This document shows, in pieces, positions 22,866 to 36,046 of a stretch of DNA of 64,000 nt. Position 1 is the stretch's first letter. The number at the start of each line of letters is the position of its first letter. Source of the stretch: Lepidodermella squamata (taxonomy: Eukaryota; Animalia; Gastrotricha). The notes beneath the pieces were generated by a model. It was not told the DNA's origin, did no database searches, and saw nothing but the letters and a program-made list of their open reading frames with translations. Location of the stretch: assembly GCA_047495785.1 (NCBI GenBank), contig JBLDXI010000015.1:1116001-1180000 (forward strand). The letters are read 5' to 3'. Both the position numbers and the translations under genes were made by a program.

Positions 22866-25223
22866 TCATATATCGGAATGGGCATGTGCACCTCGATTTA
22901 GCCATGTCGACCAGTCTTTTCTAACTCGACTGCCGTAGACTATACTTAGAGTGGAGCTGGACTCGATTAAAAGCAGGAAAGCCGCGGAAATTTGCTGAAC
23001 AACAGGTGATCGATTGATGGAAATCACAACGCATGATAGGATGAGAATCATTAGCGAGTTGACAGATGCCAAGGCGTAAAGCCTCAGTTCAGGCATAGTC
23101 GTAAACCTATGCCTGAACTCAAATGCGAGAAAGCCAGCTCCAAATAGGATTAGAACGTTGATCAAAGCCAACCCGAGCATCCATAGCGAAGAATTAACAG
23201 AGTGACAGATTTCGTACAGCTCAATGTAAAAAGTGTCCGTACTTAGATCATATATTGGCGCCGCTGTTTTCTTCGATGTATAAACCGAATAAGGATCTTC
23301 GAGAAACCAGGCGAGTAACAAAGTTCCAGCGAGCAAGACTGCAAAACCCGAAATCGCGACTTCCTTGCGATTAGGAGTCCACCATGAAATGTCTCCATTT
23401 GACGTAACGGTGACCCTAGTACTTCGAGATGATTTCCTGCTCGGCCTATTTGTTGATGCGTTTCTAGTCGGGTACATTTCAAGCCGTTGATTGGGAGTCA
23501 CTGAGCTAACAACTCTGGAGCCATTCAAAAGTTTCGATAGTAGACTTCCATTGATCATAGCAAGTCCCAGTGATGACAGGGTCGGCCCAGTTAGGCATGA
23601 CTTAGAAAATCCAGGGGTTACATAGATAATTGAGGCTATAGTTGTCAGCAAAGATCCGACGTAAATTGCCGGAGTGTCATTTCCCTCAATTCTGACCGTC
23701 TGCCAGATTGTTGGCATCAAGCCTAATAGCTGAAAGGCAATCAAGCAGCAGGAAGTGACCAAAACAGCTACTGTCACGCCAAAAGGTACTATTTCATTCC
23801 TTGTCTCGAATTTCCAGGAATCGGGCGGCGGTTTGCCATTCGGGGTGGTCCACGTCGGTTGCTTGATTTGACGTAGCTCGTAACTTGTGACATCATAGAT
23901 ATCACCGCCAGATTTTAAGGTAACTTCATAGTTGATTGTGAATTTCGTAACAGGGTTCCACGTTGCAACAACCTGAGCTTCCTCATCTAATTCCCCTCGT
24001 TTTGAATACCGAATTCTGCCGATCCTCAGCCCGTTGTAGTCTATTTTGTAAGCACTTTCATTCGCGACTTTCATGATAAGCTCTGAGGTATCTTCAGAAT
24101 AATCACTCAAGGACATTGAGTACTTTTGATTCAGGACTGTTTCTGTACTATTAAGGATCATGACAGCCTGGATTGCTGCGTCGTGACAAATGTGTCTCCG
24201 ATCATAGTCCGGTGTTCTCGACTTACCAGTGAAATCGTCTAGAATCCTATCAAATTCTGTCAGATCGTAACCCAAACTTGTGGGGCCGTTATTTCTTTCC
24301 GTGAAAGTCACAGTCCCTAGCCAGTAGGAGATCTTCATTTGTTCAATGAGCATGTCACGAGTACAGCCAGGGCTTTGAGTAGGGTTGATCAGAAATGGCT
24401 GGTTTGATGGGTCAGTGAAAGCTAAAGTTTGACCTATAAAAACGTATTTCGACCCTGTGATGCCGAACTTGAATGATTGACACATAAACCTCAACATTGG
24501 CGCAACTTCTCCGAATTCTAGGACAATAACTCTTGAGTCACTGCCACTCAATGAATGCATAAGAGCGTCGTCGAAATCCAGAGCGATGTTGAACCACGCA
24601 ATGTTGATTCCAGCTCGAGTTGCAGATTCGTAGAAAATCTGGCCAACTTGGGTGTTATAGAGATTGCCCGCATTTACAAGCATACCAATTTTCCGCCACG
24701 ATCCGACTTCTTTCAAGAACTTGAGGCGAGGGTAGGTCACCAGTTCCCCGGGAAGTCTGATTCGGTATAGGTTGGGGTACAGTGCCCGATTTGCGGTGAA
24801 AGCTGGTGATAAGCACGGCATCCCGATTGCGATGAAATCAAGAAACTTTCCTAGCTGGGCTATTCGGCTACAACCGGATGTGAATGTTGGCCCTACGATG
24901 ACTGGGGATGGTTTTACCAAAGATCCATTTCTAACAGCCTGTTCCCATTTACGACGGTATTCCAGCACTCTAACGGGCACCAGCATGCTACTAGCTGCTT
25001 CATTCTGAAAGTCGAGCTCTACGTTATGGTTCGGGAGAATGTTCGGACTTTGATTTGTAATATTTGCCACGATTCGCATGACATCACGGCATAAAAGGCT
25101 GTCCCGAGGCTCGTTGCCTGTAAAGGGTATCAATACGAGCATGGAAAGTTGTTTAGCCTTGCTTATGGCGAGAGTTTCAGCTGGCATAATCAGAAATAAA
25201 ATTAAATAAATCGCACTCAACAT
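22866..25223 (-). CDS. Class C GPCR, GABA-B-like (copy 3)
   Basis: Full-length paralog. The likely start is MLSAIYLILFL at 25223 (the ORF extends to 25274). Confidence 0.85.
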   Translation of the reverse strand: MLSAIYLILFLIMPAETLAISKAKQLSMLVLIPFTGNEPRDSLLCRDVMRIVANITNQSPNILPNHNVELDFQNEAASSMLVPVRVLEYRRKWEQAVRNGSLVKPSPVIVGPTFTSGCSRIAQLGKFLDFIAIGMPCLSPAFTANRALYPNLYRIRLPGELVTYPRLKFLKEVGSWRKIGMLVNAGNLYNTQVGQIFYESATRAGINIAWFNIALDFDDALMHSLSGSDSRVIVLEFGEVAPMLRFMCQSFKFGITGSKYVFIGQTLAFTDPSNQPFLINPTQSPGCTRDMLIEQMKISYWLGTVTFTERNNGPTSLGYDLTEFDRILDDFTGKSRTPDYDRRHICHDAAIQAVMILNSTETVLNQKYSMSLSDYSEDTSELIMKVANESAYKIDYNGLRIGRIRYSKRGELDEEAQVVATWNPVTKFTINYEVTLKSGGDIYDVTSYELRQIKQPTWTTPNGKPPPDSWKFETRNEIVPFGVTVAVLVTSCCLIAFQLLGLMPTIWQTVRIEGNDTPAIYVGSLLTTIASIIYVTPGFSKSCLTGPTLSSLGLAMINGSLLSKLLNGSRVVSSVTPNQRLEMYPTRNASTNRPSRKSSRSTRVTVTSNGDISWWTPNRKEVAISGFAVLLAGTLLLAWFLEDPYSVYTSKKTAAPIYDLSTDTFYIELYEICHSVNSSLWMLGLALINVLILFGAGFLAFEFRHRFTTMPELRLYALASVNSLMILILSCVVISINRSPVVQQISAAFLLLIESSSTLSIVYGSRVRKDWSTWLNRGAHAHSDI

Positions 25224-28200
25224 CGCTGTGACTGAATTGTCAATTGCGACATTAAATAATTCAATTCTGAGCATTCAAATTCGTGGAAAGCTCTTGTCCG
25301 CAGACGTCGCTTACCTTTGTTACCCCGACCATATGATCTGAACACGAAGGGAAGTTCTCCCTTATCGTACCGGAAGTTTCGAACAACTTTCACGGTGGCC
25401 GCAACGTGGGGAACTATGCATGTTCTTTAAAAAGATAACGTTGGAAACACATTAGGGTTTCATATTTCAATGCTGTGAGCTATAAGCTGTTCACGTGATA
25501 GTAAATTGCTGTCTTAAAATAGGGACCAGAAAGTGCCATATACCTATTCATTTTTAACAGTAGCATGTAATTGAGGAAAATGCAGACATTTTTCCCTTTG
25601 TACTCATGTCCCAGGTCCCAGAGCACGAATGAGTATGCAAATTGCTGTTTGGAGTGTGCTTCGCTCAACCGTTGCGCGATGTATCATTGCAATTATCGAT
25701 GATAGCGGAAGGTCTCCATCAGGGAAACAGCGGTCGTCCTGAGGCATAGTTGGGCAACGGGCCACAGAAAGGCAACTTGCGACCTTTCTAAGGCGAAATT
25801 AGTCTTGCTCAAGATGAAACGCAACCCATTTCGATGGTCTACTGGATTTACTTGATAGTACTTCTAGTTGATATAAATGTTCCTAATTTGAAATCGACAG
25901 GGCTCGTTAGCATACTTCTCCTGAAAAAGGCTATGATCACTCTTTCAGCTTGTTTCTATATGCGATTTTCCCCTTTTAGACTGATATCTATTCTGACACA
26001 GAGGACGTAAATTGATCACCGAAAATTAGTAGATATACAGTATGTTAGAATTTGAACTATTCGCTTTCACGTTCACATCTTGGCTGGTTGCTTCCTTTGT
26101 GAAAATTTCACGGAAAAATTGCGACACTTTTCAATCCAGACCGTTTTACGAATCCAACAGCGCGCGGAAGCATCTGGTGGATACTTCTAATCAAAATACA
26201 GCTTCTATCTGATGCGAGTTACTGGTAAATTTGTTCCCCTTTGTATGACTGCTCGTTATGTTATTCCCGTGGGAACTGGGAAGGGGCAAAATTAACCAGT
26301 TTACGGCCATTAACTCGATTTTCTCAGCAGCTCATTTCGAATGGCCGCCTTCATTTAATGCTCACATCAGGCAAATTTACTAATCGTCAAAAAAATCGGT
26401 AAAAAAGGAATACTGCGCATTATAGCAAATTTCTTCGCATATGTACAGCAGCTTAAGGTCTTGCATTATTAACATAACATCCAACTAGCTTAGCCTTGAG
26501 AATGAATTATCACCTGAGCGAGATGGTCGATACAAACTCTAACCGCACTCAAGTCTTATCAAGTCCTACGGGGTACAAGGCGTTAAATGACGCAATGAAA
26601 AACCCGCCTGGTTTATGACCTTGCCCAAGACAACCGGCTAATGGCTTTGAGATTATCTGAAAAGCGCGCGTCAATGGCCTGAAATTTATTAGCAAATGTG
26701 TGGCAGTTTTAAAAGCCCGGTGACGCTATAATCGCCCTCTCACACTTTCTACATCAAATAAGCTGTCTTAATGTGCCTGTCTGCCGGCTAAACTGCCGCT
26801 ATTGAACTTTCTGGTAAGCCCTTCCGATCCTACTGAAAGCTCTAAATTACAAGCAGGCTACAAAGATGAATTCGCAGCCAGCTTTTGCCATCCCCTTTGC
26901 CAATTTTTTCTCATTCTTTTCTACTACTTTGCTGTGGTGAGTGTTCAATTTTTAGATGGTCGGCGAAGACAAATCTGGTGACCGACATGGGGTAGACCCT
27001 CGAGTTGTACGACTGTAGTTGGAACGCTATACTGCTCCTATAACAATAACTGCTCATACGAACCCTTCAATCCTGTGCGCAGGTGTTGTTTTACATGCTT
27101 CAAACATACGGTAATATAGAATAGCCACGTCTTGCTGAATAAATAATATAGACATTTGTTTTTCTTTCATCTCATATAGATGTTTTAGGATGATATTGCA
27201 TAATATATTGATAAACAAAATACGACGTGGATCGATTATCGTGGACTGACAGCTTGGGGATCTGACGGATATTTTCCTTAGGATCGTAAAGCATAACCTC
27301 ACTTATGAGACACTTCTTCATCAACTGATTCCAATCGGTTCCAACAAATACGGTTGCGCGTGTTGAAATAGAGATGTTCAGCTAAATTAATCGCACTCCT
27401 GGTCACTGTTTTTTCAGAACGCGACAACTCTCAATTATACTTCATTTGCTTGTTTACTGTGACGTCGACTAACTTATAGGATTTTGAGTATACCCTCGGG
27501 GGTTTAGAATAAGACTTTTCGATTTATCAGGCTGAACAAAGGGCCAAGGGCACCCGAGCTCAGCCTAGAAAATTGTAGTTTTCAATGATTTTCCGACTAA
27601 GGAGTTGCCTTTAAAACCTTGAATATTGAATAACTTCACCCTAATCGAATTGTTCATCCACACCTAGAGACAATTACCGCCCACGAAAATCCTGGGAAAA
27701 CAAATTACATTGGGCGCGCGAGTATGCATCTTGAATAGCTTTATTTGATAATTAGAAAATAAAATTATAAGGGATTGATCAAGCCATATACAGAGAATGT
27801 CCGACGCAAACTCGCAGCACTTCAACAATTTCACATTAAAAAAATAATTGTCATCTCCACTCTTGTTAAGAAAAGCCTTCTTAAAATGCGCTGTCACTTA
27901 CGTTTTGTTTTAAATTGACGACTAGCTTGATAGGATTTTTATTTTAACGTGATATAGCGAAGACAAGAGCTGCAGATGCGCCTATTCTTGGCGGTGATGA
28001 GTAGAATCATCAATATTTACTATTCCGCCAAAAATGGTAGCATTTCGCCTATTTTTGGCGCGTAATAGAATAAATATGTTGTGTTTACATTGTAATGTAA
28101 TTCTGATTCCCAATATAATCTAGTGTCCTGGAAAACTTAGCCGTAAATCAATATTCCTAATTCCTACCATGAAGAATGCGGATGAAAATTAAAATCCAGA

Positions 28201-29131
28201 TCCCTTAAATTGTTTTAACTATTAAAATTAGGGGAAGTTGCCATCATGTTTCTATTTAAAGTGGAATGTGAAATTAGTATTTCAGAACAAACGATATTTT
28301 ATGACCTCGATTTTCCTGATATTTCTCGCGTTTCCACTTGAGTGTCAATTCGCTTTTTCGCTTTGCCCTCGCATCTTAAGTGGCAATGACGCCATCATGA
28401 GCAATTTTCTAATTTCAACGCTATCAGATATTAAGTAATAACTAATTTACGCTTTTTCACCGAATTACGTATGAGCTGCGTTAATCAATAAATCAGCTGA
28501 GAATAAGTCGAAGTTGCTCGGAAACGTTATGCTAACTGTAGTTCTGCGGCTCAATATCCCACACGTCCAAGCGGCGTGAGAGAGAAAAAGCAGTTTCGCA
28601 CATTATTATGAGATTAAATTGCTGATCGAGTATACACGGCGATATATATATTGTATTATTATTTTTTTATTTCCCAGTTGGCTGCGCGAACAAATGAACT
28701 ATTTGCGTGTGTGTGCGCAGTGTGGCTGCTGCTGTAAAGAGTGCGTGTAATATTTTATTAGGCTATAATGATGCAGCTTAATGAGGCGCAAAACAATCAC
28801 GGCTCGATGTCTGCATTGAATCGATGCGGCAATACGGAACTTCTCGCACAACACCTCTAAGCATATTTCTTTCATCCGATATCGCCAATCACATGTTGTT
28901 TTATATATTGTTTTTTTACGCGATAATCGCATCGCAAAAATTCCAAAGAAACAGTAAGGAAAATATCACTCATAGTGTACATATCGCCTGGTTATGTCAA
29001 AAAAACCACTCAAGCAAGGCAAGGAATAATATGCTAATCAGGATTTGTTCTATAGGATTGTTTTACGACGTATGTAAATGTAATACAAGTCAAACTATCG
29101 ATACAACAATGCCACATCGAAGATTGGCCTG

Positions 29132-31114
29132 ATGGAGCCTGTGAATTCTACGGACTATGTCATCCATGACGGTTGTGGTGGTGGTGGCGGGAACCTTTCT
29201 AGTAGCAATTCAACGGTGAACTGTTCGATCTCAACCGATGCCACTCATACTGCGGATTCTACTTCTTTCTTCATTTACTTGCCGTTTGCTATTATTTTGG
29301 TCCTGCTTGGTTTTATGCTCAATAGTCTGTCGATATGGCTGGTCTCACGCATCGAAGATCTCTTACCAGTAAGTTTTTTGTAGCCTAGTTCTGCGTTGGA
29401 TTATGTCTCACCCTGCCTATGTGGCATAATTTCCTAATTCTTGCGTACCACTCACCTACCCAATTATCCTGTTTTCATGATTCATGAAATTGGCTGATGT
29501 ATGGTGACAAACGCCCTTCCCCTTATCATGCAGGCTGCACCGGCTGTGGGGCTTTATGTTGGAAAAATCATGGTCAGTGAAGGTCCTCGTATTCTTTATT
29601 CCGGTGATCAAAGCTATGAAGACCAACTATGACCAATGTGATACCTATAATTAGGACAAGGAAGATTGGTGAAGATGTTCGGGCCTTGATATCCCAGTTC
29701 CAGTAGGATCTGCATGAAAGGCCGGGGTTTCTATGCTCCTAATTCATAGCTTACTTTCGAGCCATTTTTAGGAGAAATCTATGCTAAACCAAAATTCTAG
29801 CGGAATTTTTCTTGTCGTAATCTACTGAGCATCCCAAATCAAGACTTCCCATCATTTGAACTTGGGCTGTGAGTGACAAGTAGAAATCCCTGGGTCGAAT
29901 TGCAGTTGGCATCGATTTATCTACTCCGGGAAGCTCTGGGGGTCGAAGCTATAGCCTGTGGTGCCTAGAACAATATGACGATTTTTTCGCTCAATCGCGA
30001 TGCAACTTTTATTGAGCGATTTATACGGTATACGGTAATGTATAATGAGACATTCGTCAGTTTAGGCAAGGCTTAGGTTCAATAATTATGGCAACGCTCT
30101 GATCGATTTAACTTTTGTTCATCCATCTATGTTTTTCAGAGACATGTCCTTCTCATCAGCATGTCGCTTGCTGACGCTATTCTCAGCGTATTTATGATCG
30201 TCAAATTCTGGGTTGAAAAATATGAATCCGAACAAATGGCCGCGTACGAGAACATCGTTTTTCAAACACTGTGGCTAACATCGGCCTTAAACATCCTACT
30301 GCTTTCACTCGATTGTTTCCTTTCAATCCGTTTCGTTTTCCGGTACACCGAGCCTTCTGTCCTTGTCGCATCTAAAATCATTGTTGTTGGCCTGTGGATA
30401 TTCGCGGCAACGTGCGCAGTTCTTCTCTTCGTTTTCGACGTCGCGCAATCGCCTTATGTCGCAATTTTCCTCCTGGGGATCATTTTACTGGTCTTCTCCG
30501 TTGTCATCGCGCAGTTAGTACACACCTTATGCCTTACGGAAAAGATGAGGTAAGACTTTTTAACATGTCAAAAGCTCAATTTCAGTTGATATTTCATTCA
30601 GGCAAACAATGTCGGCTGAATTGGCGAGAAAAAGCCGCATGAAGTCCTTGACAACAATCGCGATACTTCTTGTGGCCACCCTAGTTTGCTGGGCCCCCCT
30701 GACGGCCTACTTCTTCCTGGCTGAACTGTATTATGCTGATGTCTGGGTTATGAGCATCGATTTCTACGAAAATATGTAAGTTAATGTGGAATCTTAGGGT
30801 TTGGACTAGGGTTGGGGTTGGGGTTAGGGTTAGGGCAAGGATTGATTTTTGTTTAATAGAACCACTTTGGTTTCTGTTATCAATGATGTTTTCTATATTT
30901 CAGGCTGGTAATAGGAATGATCTGTTTTCACATGAATGCAATAGCCGATCCCATCATTTATTCACTTCGCTACGGTGACGTTAGGAATCAACTACGAAAG
31001 CTGTCCGGTCGGCATACCTACCTGAAGCCGCTCAGCGACTGCCTTAAACGTGGCGATGAGGCCTTGCAAGATTCAGCGGCGCCTCTCAAAAAGCCGCTAC
31101 ACAACGCTGCGTAG
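29132..31114 (+). CDS. Class A GPCR, array copy G1 (4 exons)
   Basis: Exons 29132-29368, 30140-30549, 30602-30775, 30904-31114. Motifs MSLADA, SLDCF, CWAP, DPIIYSLR. Confidence 0.85.
30807..30835 (+). repeat. Intronic telomere-like TTAGGG/TTGGGG run
   Basis: tagggttggggttggggttagggttaggg. Confidence 0.6.
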
Positions 31115-31509
31115 TTGCATATTTTCAATTATATTTCGATTAATTTTGTGATACTTTTACATCAGAATTTCTTTGAATGCATAATATAGCAGTAATAAAG
31201 TTCTAATTGAGAGATGCAATAACAATGAATGACTTGTTAACAACTTGCTATTATGTATACTTACTACTGATATTGCAAATGGCAGGAAGGAAAATTCGAA
31301 TTAATACGAACAAGAATGCTTCAAATTTATTTGATATTCTTGCGAGATATTCATTCTGATTGAATTAACCGGACGCCTTGCGCGACTGCCAACTAGTTTC
31401 GGTTTTATTTAAACCATCTTCTTGGCCTAGACAACAATTAGCAACAATGAACCTTTTGTTTGCGAGGCAAGTGACAGGAACAATACCTCGTGTATCATCA
31501 CCAGTAATC

Positions 31510-31888
31510 GGGTCCCCCACAGAGCAGCAGGCTTCAAAGCAAGGTAAACGCACTATACAGTCCTCCCAGCAGGCGCTCAGGCTTAGCCTCTGATTTTCAA
31601 CCAATGGACTAACATGATGGTCAGCCATTCTAGCTTTTCACACCAAAAATTGAGGAGCATTAGTCATGGAAACTCCGTAATGTAGCTCAGACCTCAATTT
31701 GGTCGAGAAAGTCGTTTTTCGAAATTTTTTTACAATACATATAAGCCGGGCTCTTAAAGTTATGATGGGTCCACATTCAGAAAATTACCTAGAATTTTAT
31801 CGTAATTAATTCGATTTATTGTTGCGTGGCATTTGCAACGCTTTTTGAGTTTATCCTGCTTTAAAGCCTGCTGCTCTGTGGGGGACCC
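31510..31888. mobile_element. Mutator-like MITE (379 bp)
   Basis: TIR gggtcccccacagagcagcaggctt; 9-bp TSD ccagtaatc at 31501-31509 and 31889-31897. Confidence 0.85.
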
Positions 31889-33145
31889 CCAGTAATCAAG
31901 TGGCGATCCAGTAATCGAATGTGCGCCACTTGATTGCTTGATTACAGCGATATTAAATTAATATGGATTTCGCTGGCGGAATCCAAGCGTATATTATCGA
32001 ACAATTCCATTAGCGACTTTGTTTATATATTACTGCCCACCGTGAACTTAGTAATCGGAATGCCGAAATTAACATTAGTTTATTGGAATAAGCTCAATCG
32101 CTATTAGAAATAAAGACATATGATGAAAGCTTTCAAATTTTGGATTGAAGTGAAGCCGCTGGAAACCTTGATGAAAAATTCGAACGATACGGAAATTCGC
32201 GATCATGCATCGTCATAAAGTTCCGCCCAGTATAGGACTTGATTGATTCATCCGCGGCTCTTCAATCTGAAGTTGCCAGTTCAATGCACATCAACAAGAC
32301 GCGTTAAGCAGGAAGATGAAAACCCGAATGAATCCTGTTCGGACATTAATGCCGCTCTGCTCTGATTGTTGAATATTCATATATTTTCATATTTTTCATG
32401 TTATGTTGATCATTGCATTGATTTCGATAGTGATCCCGATCAGTCTACTATTTATGCTATTTCGATTTTCAATTTTGTTGTTGTCTTTACTTTTCTATTG
32501 ATCACTTGTCTGAGCTGTCCTCTTCTGGGCGTTATGGCTCTTTAAATAAATAAATAAATAAATGATGCCAAATTCTAACAAGTGCACATTTCCAGGCTGA
32601 AATCGCTCGACTTGTATTTGGCTGTTGAGATGGCTGGAGGAAACGAATTTCGAGAGCAAAAAATGAATTTGATTGCATAGTTTTAACCTTGACACACTTA
32701 TATCGCTCTAGGCACAATTTTGAGTTTTGAGTTCATTTTTTCCCCTGGAACATTTTATTGCCCTACACTATATGAAGTACCTTGGCATTCCTAAAACCCC
32801 CGCTTATGAGAGGGGTGCATTATATTCCTTAAGTTGCATAAGTAAGAATAACTTGAACAAGCGTAATCTTTATGGATCTCAACCGTGATAATTGTTAAGC
32901 TCTTCATAAAAAACGTGATATGCCCGTGCATTTTGTTTTAATTGCTACATCGCCCACGCCAGTCCAACCGGTGAAGAAAAAGGTCCTGCTCAAGCTACAC
33001 AGGGTGGCCGCGATTTCTTGTCAACGGCAAAGCGGGCAACAAACAATGCATGCACAGTTGGCCACATGATAAAAGATGCAGGTGACAAGGTATATCTTCA
33101 TGATAGATCAGTAATAAAGCGGCATATTAAGGCTTCAAAAAGACC

Positions 33146-33149
<4 letters not shown>

Positions 33150-33186
<37 letters not shown>

Positions 33187-33187
33187 C
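33150..33187. repeat. (GA)n microsatellite upstream of a TATA-like element of protease copy 1
   Basis: GA run followed by gtataaaa at ~33199. Confidence 0.75.
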
Positions 33188-33263
33188 AGTATATGGCAGT
33201 ATAAAACGCCCAGGTTGCCACAGCTACTCATTCATACTCACTTTTATCTCGAAAAGAAGTTAG

Positions 33264-36046
33264 ATGCAACGGCTTAGATTATTCATTTTGGGTAAGAAAA
33301 CATAGCTGAAGTTACTTGAATTGATTTCATCTATGAGTTCAGGAGCTCTCATTGTAGGATCCCTAGCATGTGGCCCTGAGCAACAAAGGCAGAAAAGTCT
33401 GGTAAGAACAAATTGACAACTACTTTGAAAGAGAAAGTAGTGCCATTGAAATACGAACCTTCCAGCTCAATTGCTTCAACGGGGGAACTTACATGTCAGA
33501 CACTGGTTCGTGTTCGTGCCCATCGGGTTATCAAGGACCACGATGCGAGAAATGTAAATCGATTTGTAAAATCAAGCAAAACTAGGTTTCTTGCTCGATG
33601 CTTCAAGTTGCCTGTCCCAGCTGTAAAAACGGAGCTCAGTGCAGCGGCCCAAATCAGTGCCAGTGTGCAAACGGGTGGACTGGAACAAACTGCGAGACGT
33701 GTAAGCTCGATTTCATGTTTACAATTGCTGATGACTAAGAGTTTATTCATTCAGTTTCTTGCGCCGCTGCTCCATGCCTTAACGGCGGTACCTGTACTGG
33801 AGCCAACACCTGCAACTGCCCTGCTGCCTGGACCGGCCCTTCATGCTCGAAATGTGATTATTATTTATTATTATAAATGTGATAAAGCAATTTTAGGCAT
33901 CTGAAACTCATTTCCTCAGCTGCCTGTTCGAACAACCCGTGCTTGAATGGTGGGACTTGCACAGGACCCAGCGTATGCACCTGTACGACGGCTTTCAAGG
34001 GTCCAACATGCGGTAATCACGAAGAGAGCCAAGTACGACTATGATTAAGATTTTTCTTTCAGCGACATGTGAGTTTCGATTGGACTCTGATAGGATTTTC
34101 TGCCGAGATCGTCGATTATCAGCTTGCATAATTGTAACTCTTTGTTCATATTCTCAGCTTCAGCCTCGAAGCCGGACGATCCAAGATGGGTGGCGTTTAA
34201 GAATCAGTTCCCGGATGCTGAAATCGATACTGAGGCAGAGGATGATGAAGCTGAAGCAGCTCTCTTACAAGAAATTGGAGAAATCGACGAATGGAACAAG
34301 GACGAAGATAATCCTGACGTGAAGTATGGCCTTAATCAATACAGCGCTAAGACTGACGCGTGGAAGCAGAAGAATCTACTCGGAAGCCTCGATAAAGCAT
34401 AGAGAAAAAAATGACCAGAGTAAGCACTCAAGCTAAAATATTGATCTCCATTATTATAGAAGTGCGTTCTCAAAACGGATATCTCCGTTTTCTACCAAAT
34501 TTTGCATGCCTATAGAACGCGAGCTGCTCTTTCACGTGGTATAAGATTTGAGGTGGGCAATTGCTGCTCAGTCTTGATATCATCAAAATAAGTAAAACCA
34601 TAGTGAAAACGAGGGTTTTGTATCGTAACAACGGTTGGGTTGCCCACCTCAAATCTTATACCACATGAAAGAGGAGCTCGCGTTCTATAGGCATGCAAAA
34701 TTTGGTAGAAAACGGAGATATCCATTTTGAGAAAGTCAACTTTGAATTAAAATGAGGATTTAGAAATTTTAGCTTGAGTGCTTTCTCTGGTCATTTTTTC
34801 TCTATGCGATAAAGATACAGCGCCCGCAAATGAGGCCAGGCGGAGGCGTAAGCGCGAGGTCGAATATTTCATCATTCGGACGACCGATGCCGACGGCAAG
34901 AAGACTCTGTGCTACACTGAAGAGGAAGGCGGGGTTGAGACAAGACGGACGTGCGTTGCTGACGATGGCAACGTTGACACAACTAAACTAAGGCGTGATC
35001 TTTATACAACTCGCCCGCTTAACTCTTACCCACCTGTTGATACAAATTACGGAAACGCCCCATCTCTTCCACTTTTGGAGCCTGCAGACGCTTTTCCAGG
35101 TAGTCCGATCTCATAATTATAGGTCACGCAACACTCTTACTTTTCAGCGGCTACTTCCGCACACACCTTTAGCATGCCGAATTAGGTCACGGGATAATAT
35201 TGTTTTAAGGGGTTACTATTTCTTCATTTAATGGTGCTGTGGAAAGCTTTACGAGTTTACCAATAATTTCAGCTGCCCAATTTGAAAATATCACATTGGC
35301 CCATTTAGCCGATATTTACCCGATCTATATTGTGTTTTTCCATTTTTACAGGTGCCGTTGTCGACTGGAGACTGAAAGGCTACATGACGCCTGTAAAAAA
35401 TCAGGACCAATGCGGCTCTTGCTACGCATTTGCGTCGAGTGCGGTCATCGAGTCTCGCCTGGCCTTGAAAAATAAAGCCAGTCCTATTTCTATGTCAGAA
35501 CAGCAAGTGGTGGACTGCGGTAGGGTCAGGCCTGGAGCAAAAGGTTGCAACGGCGGAAATTTGGCGGGTGTCGTGAAATACTACATGGAAGCCAAGGCAT
35601 TTGCGAAGTCAGAGGATTACCCGTATACGCAGAAGGAGGGTACGTGTGCATTCGATGCCGGTAAAGGTGTGGCATTGCCGATAACTGGTGTCTCAGATAT
35701 TGACGCCGTCGATACGTTAACACGTTATGACCAAATCTTGAGACCCAGTGCGGTGAAGAAAATGACAGATCTCTTGCAGTACGGTCCATTTTATGCCAGG
35801 ATTCATGCTGAATCGAGATTCATGGCGTACAAGGAAGGTGTTTTCGACCCGACGGACTGCCCGACAAACCCTAACCACGCCGTAGTTATCGTTGGATGCG
35901 GCGTGGAACCAACAACCTCAGAGGAGTATTGGATTGGCCGCAATTCCTGGGGCACGTCTTGGGGCATTAAGGGTTATTTCAAGATCCGCAAAAGCCTAAA
36001 TAGATGCGGCATTGAAAGCAGCATGGTATGGCCATACTTCAAGTGA
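33264..36046 (+). pseudogene. EGF-I29-papain (C1A) protease copy 1, coding exon split by a MITE
   Basis: Signal exons, 4 EGF exons, 6-nt microexon, acidic I29-like region, RRRRKR, C1A with QCGSCYAF / NHAV / RNSWG. In-frame TAG at 34400-34402 lies inside the MITE. Confidence 0.75.
34398..34806. mobile_element. hAT-type foldback MITE (409 bp) inside a coding exon
   Basis: catagagaaaaaaatgaccagag ... ctctggtcattttttctctatg, long internal inverted repeat, 8-bp TSD cgataaag (34390-34397, 34807-34814). Absent from the paralog. Confidence 0.9.

Noticed and set aside
25300-29100. Short ORFs in the intergenic region
   Set aside because: No motifs, paralogy or consistent splice pattern.
34398-34814. 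Introner-like precise splicing of the exonic MITE
   Set aside because: The GTAAG donor lies after the in-frame TAG, and a GC donor at the edge paired with nearby AGs shifts the frame.
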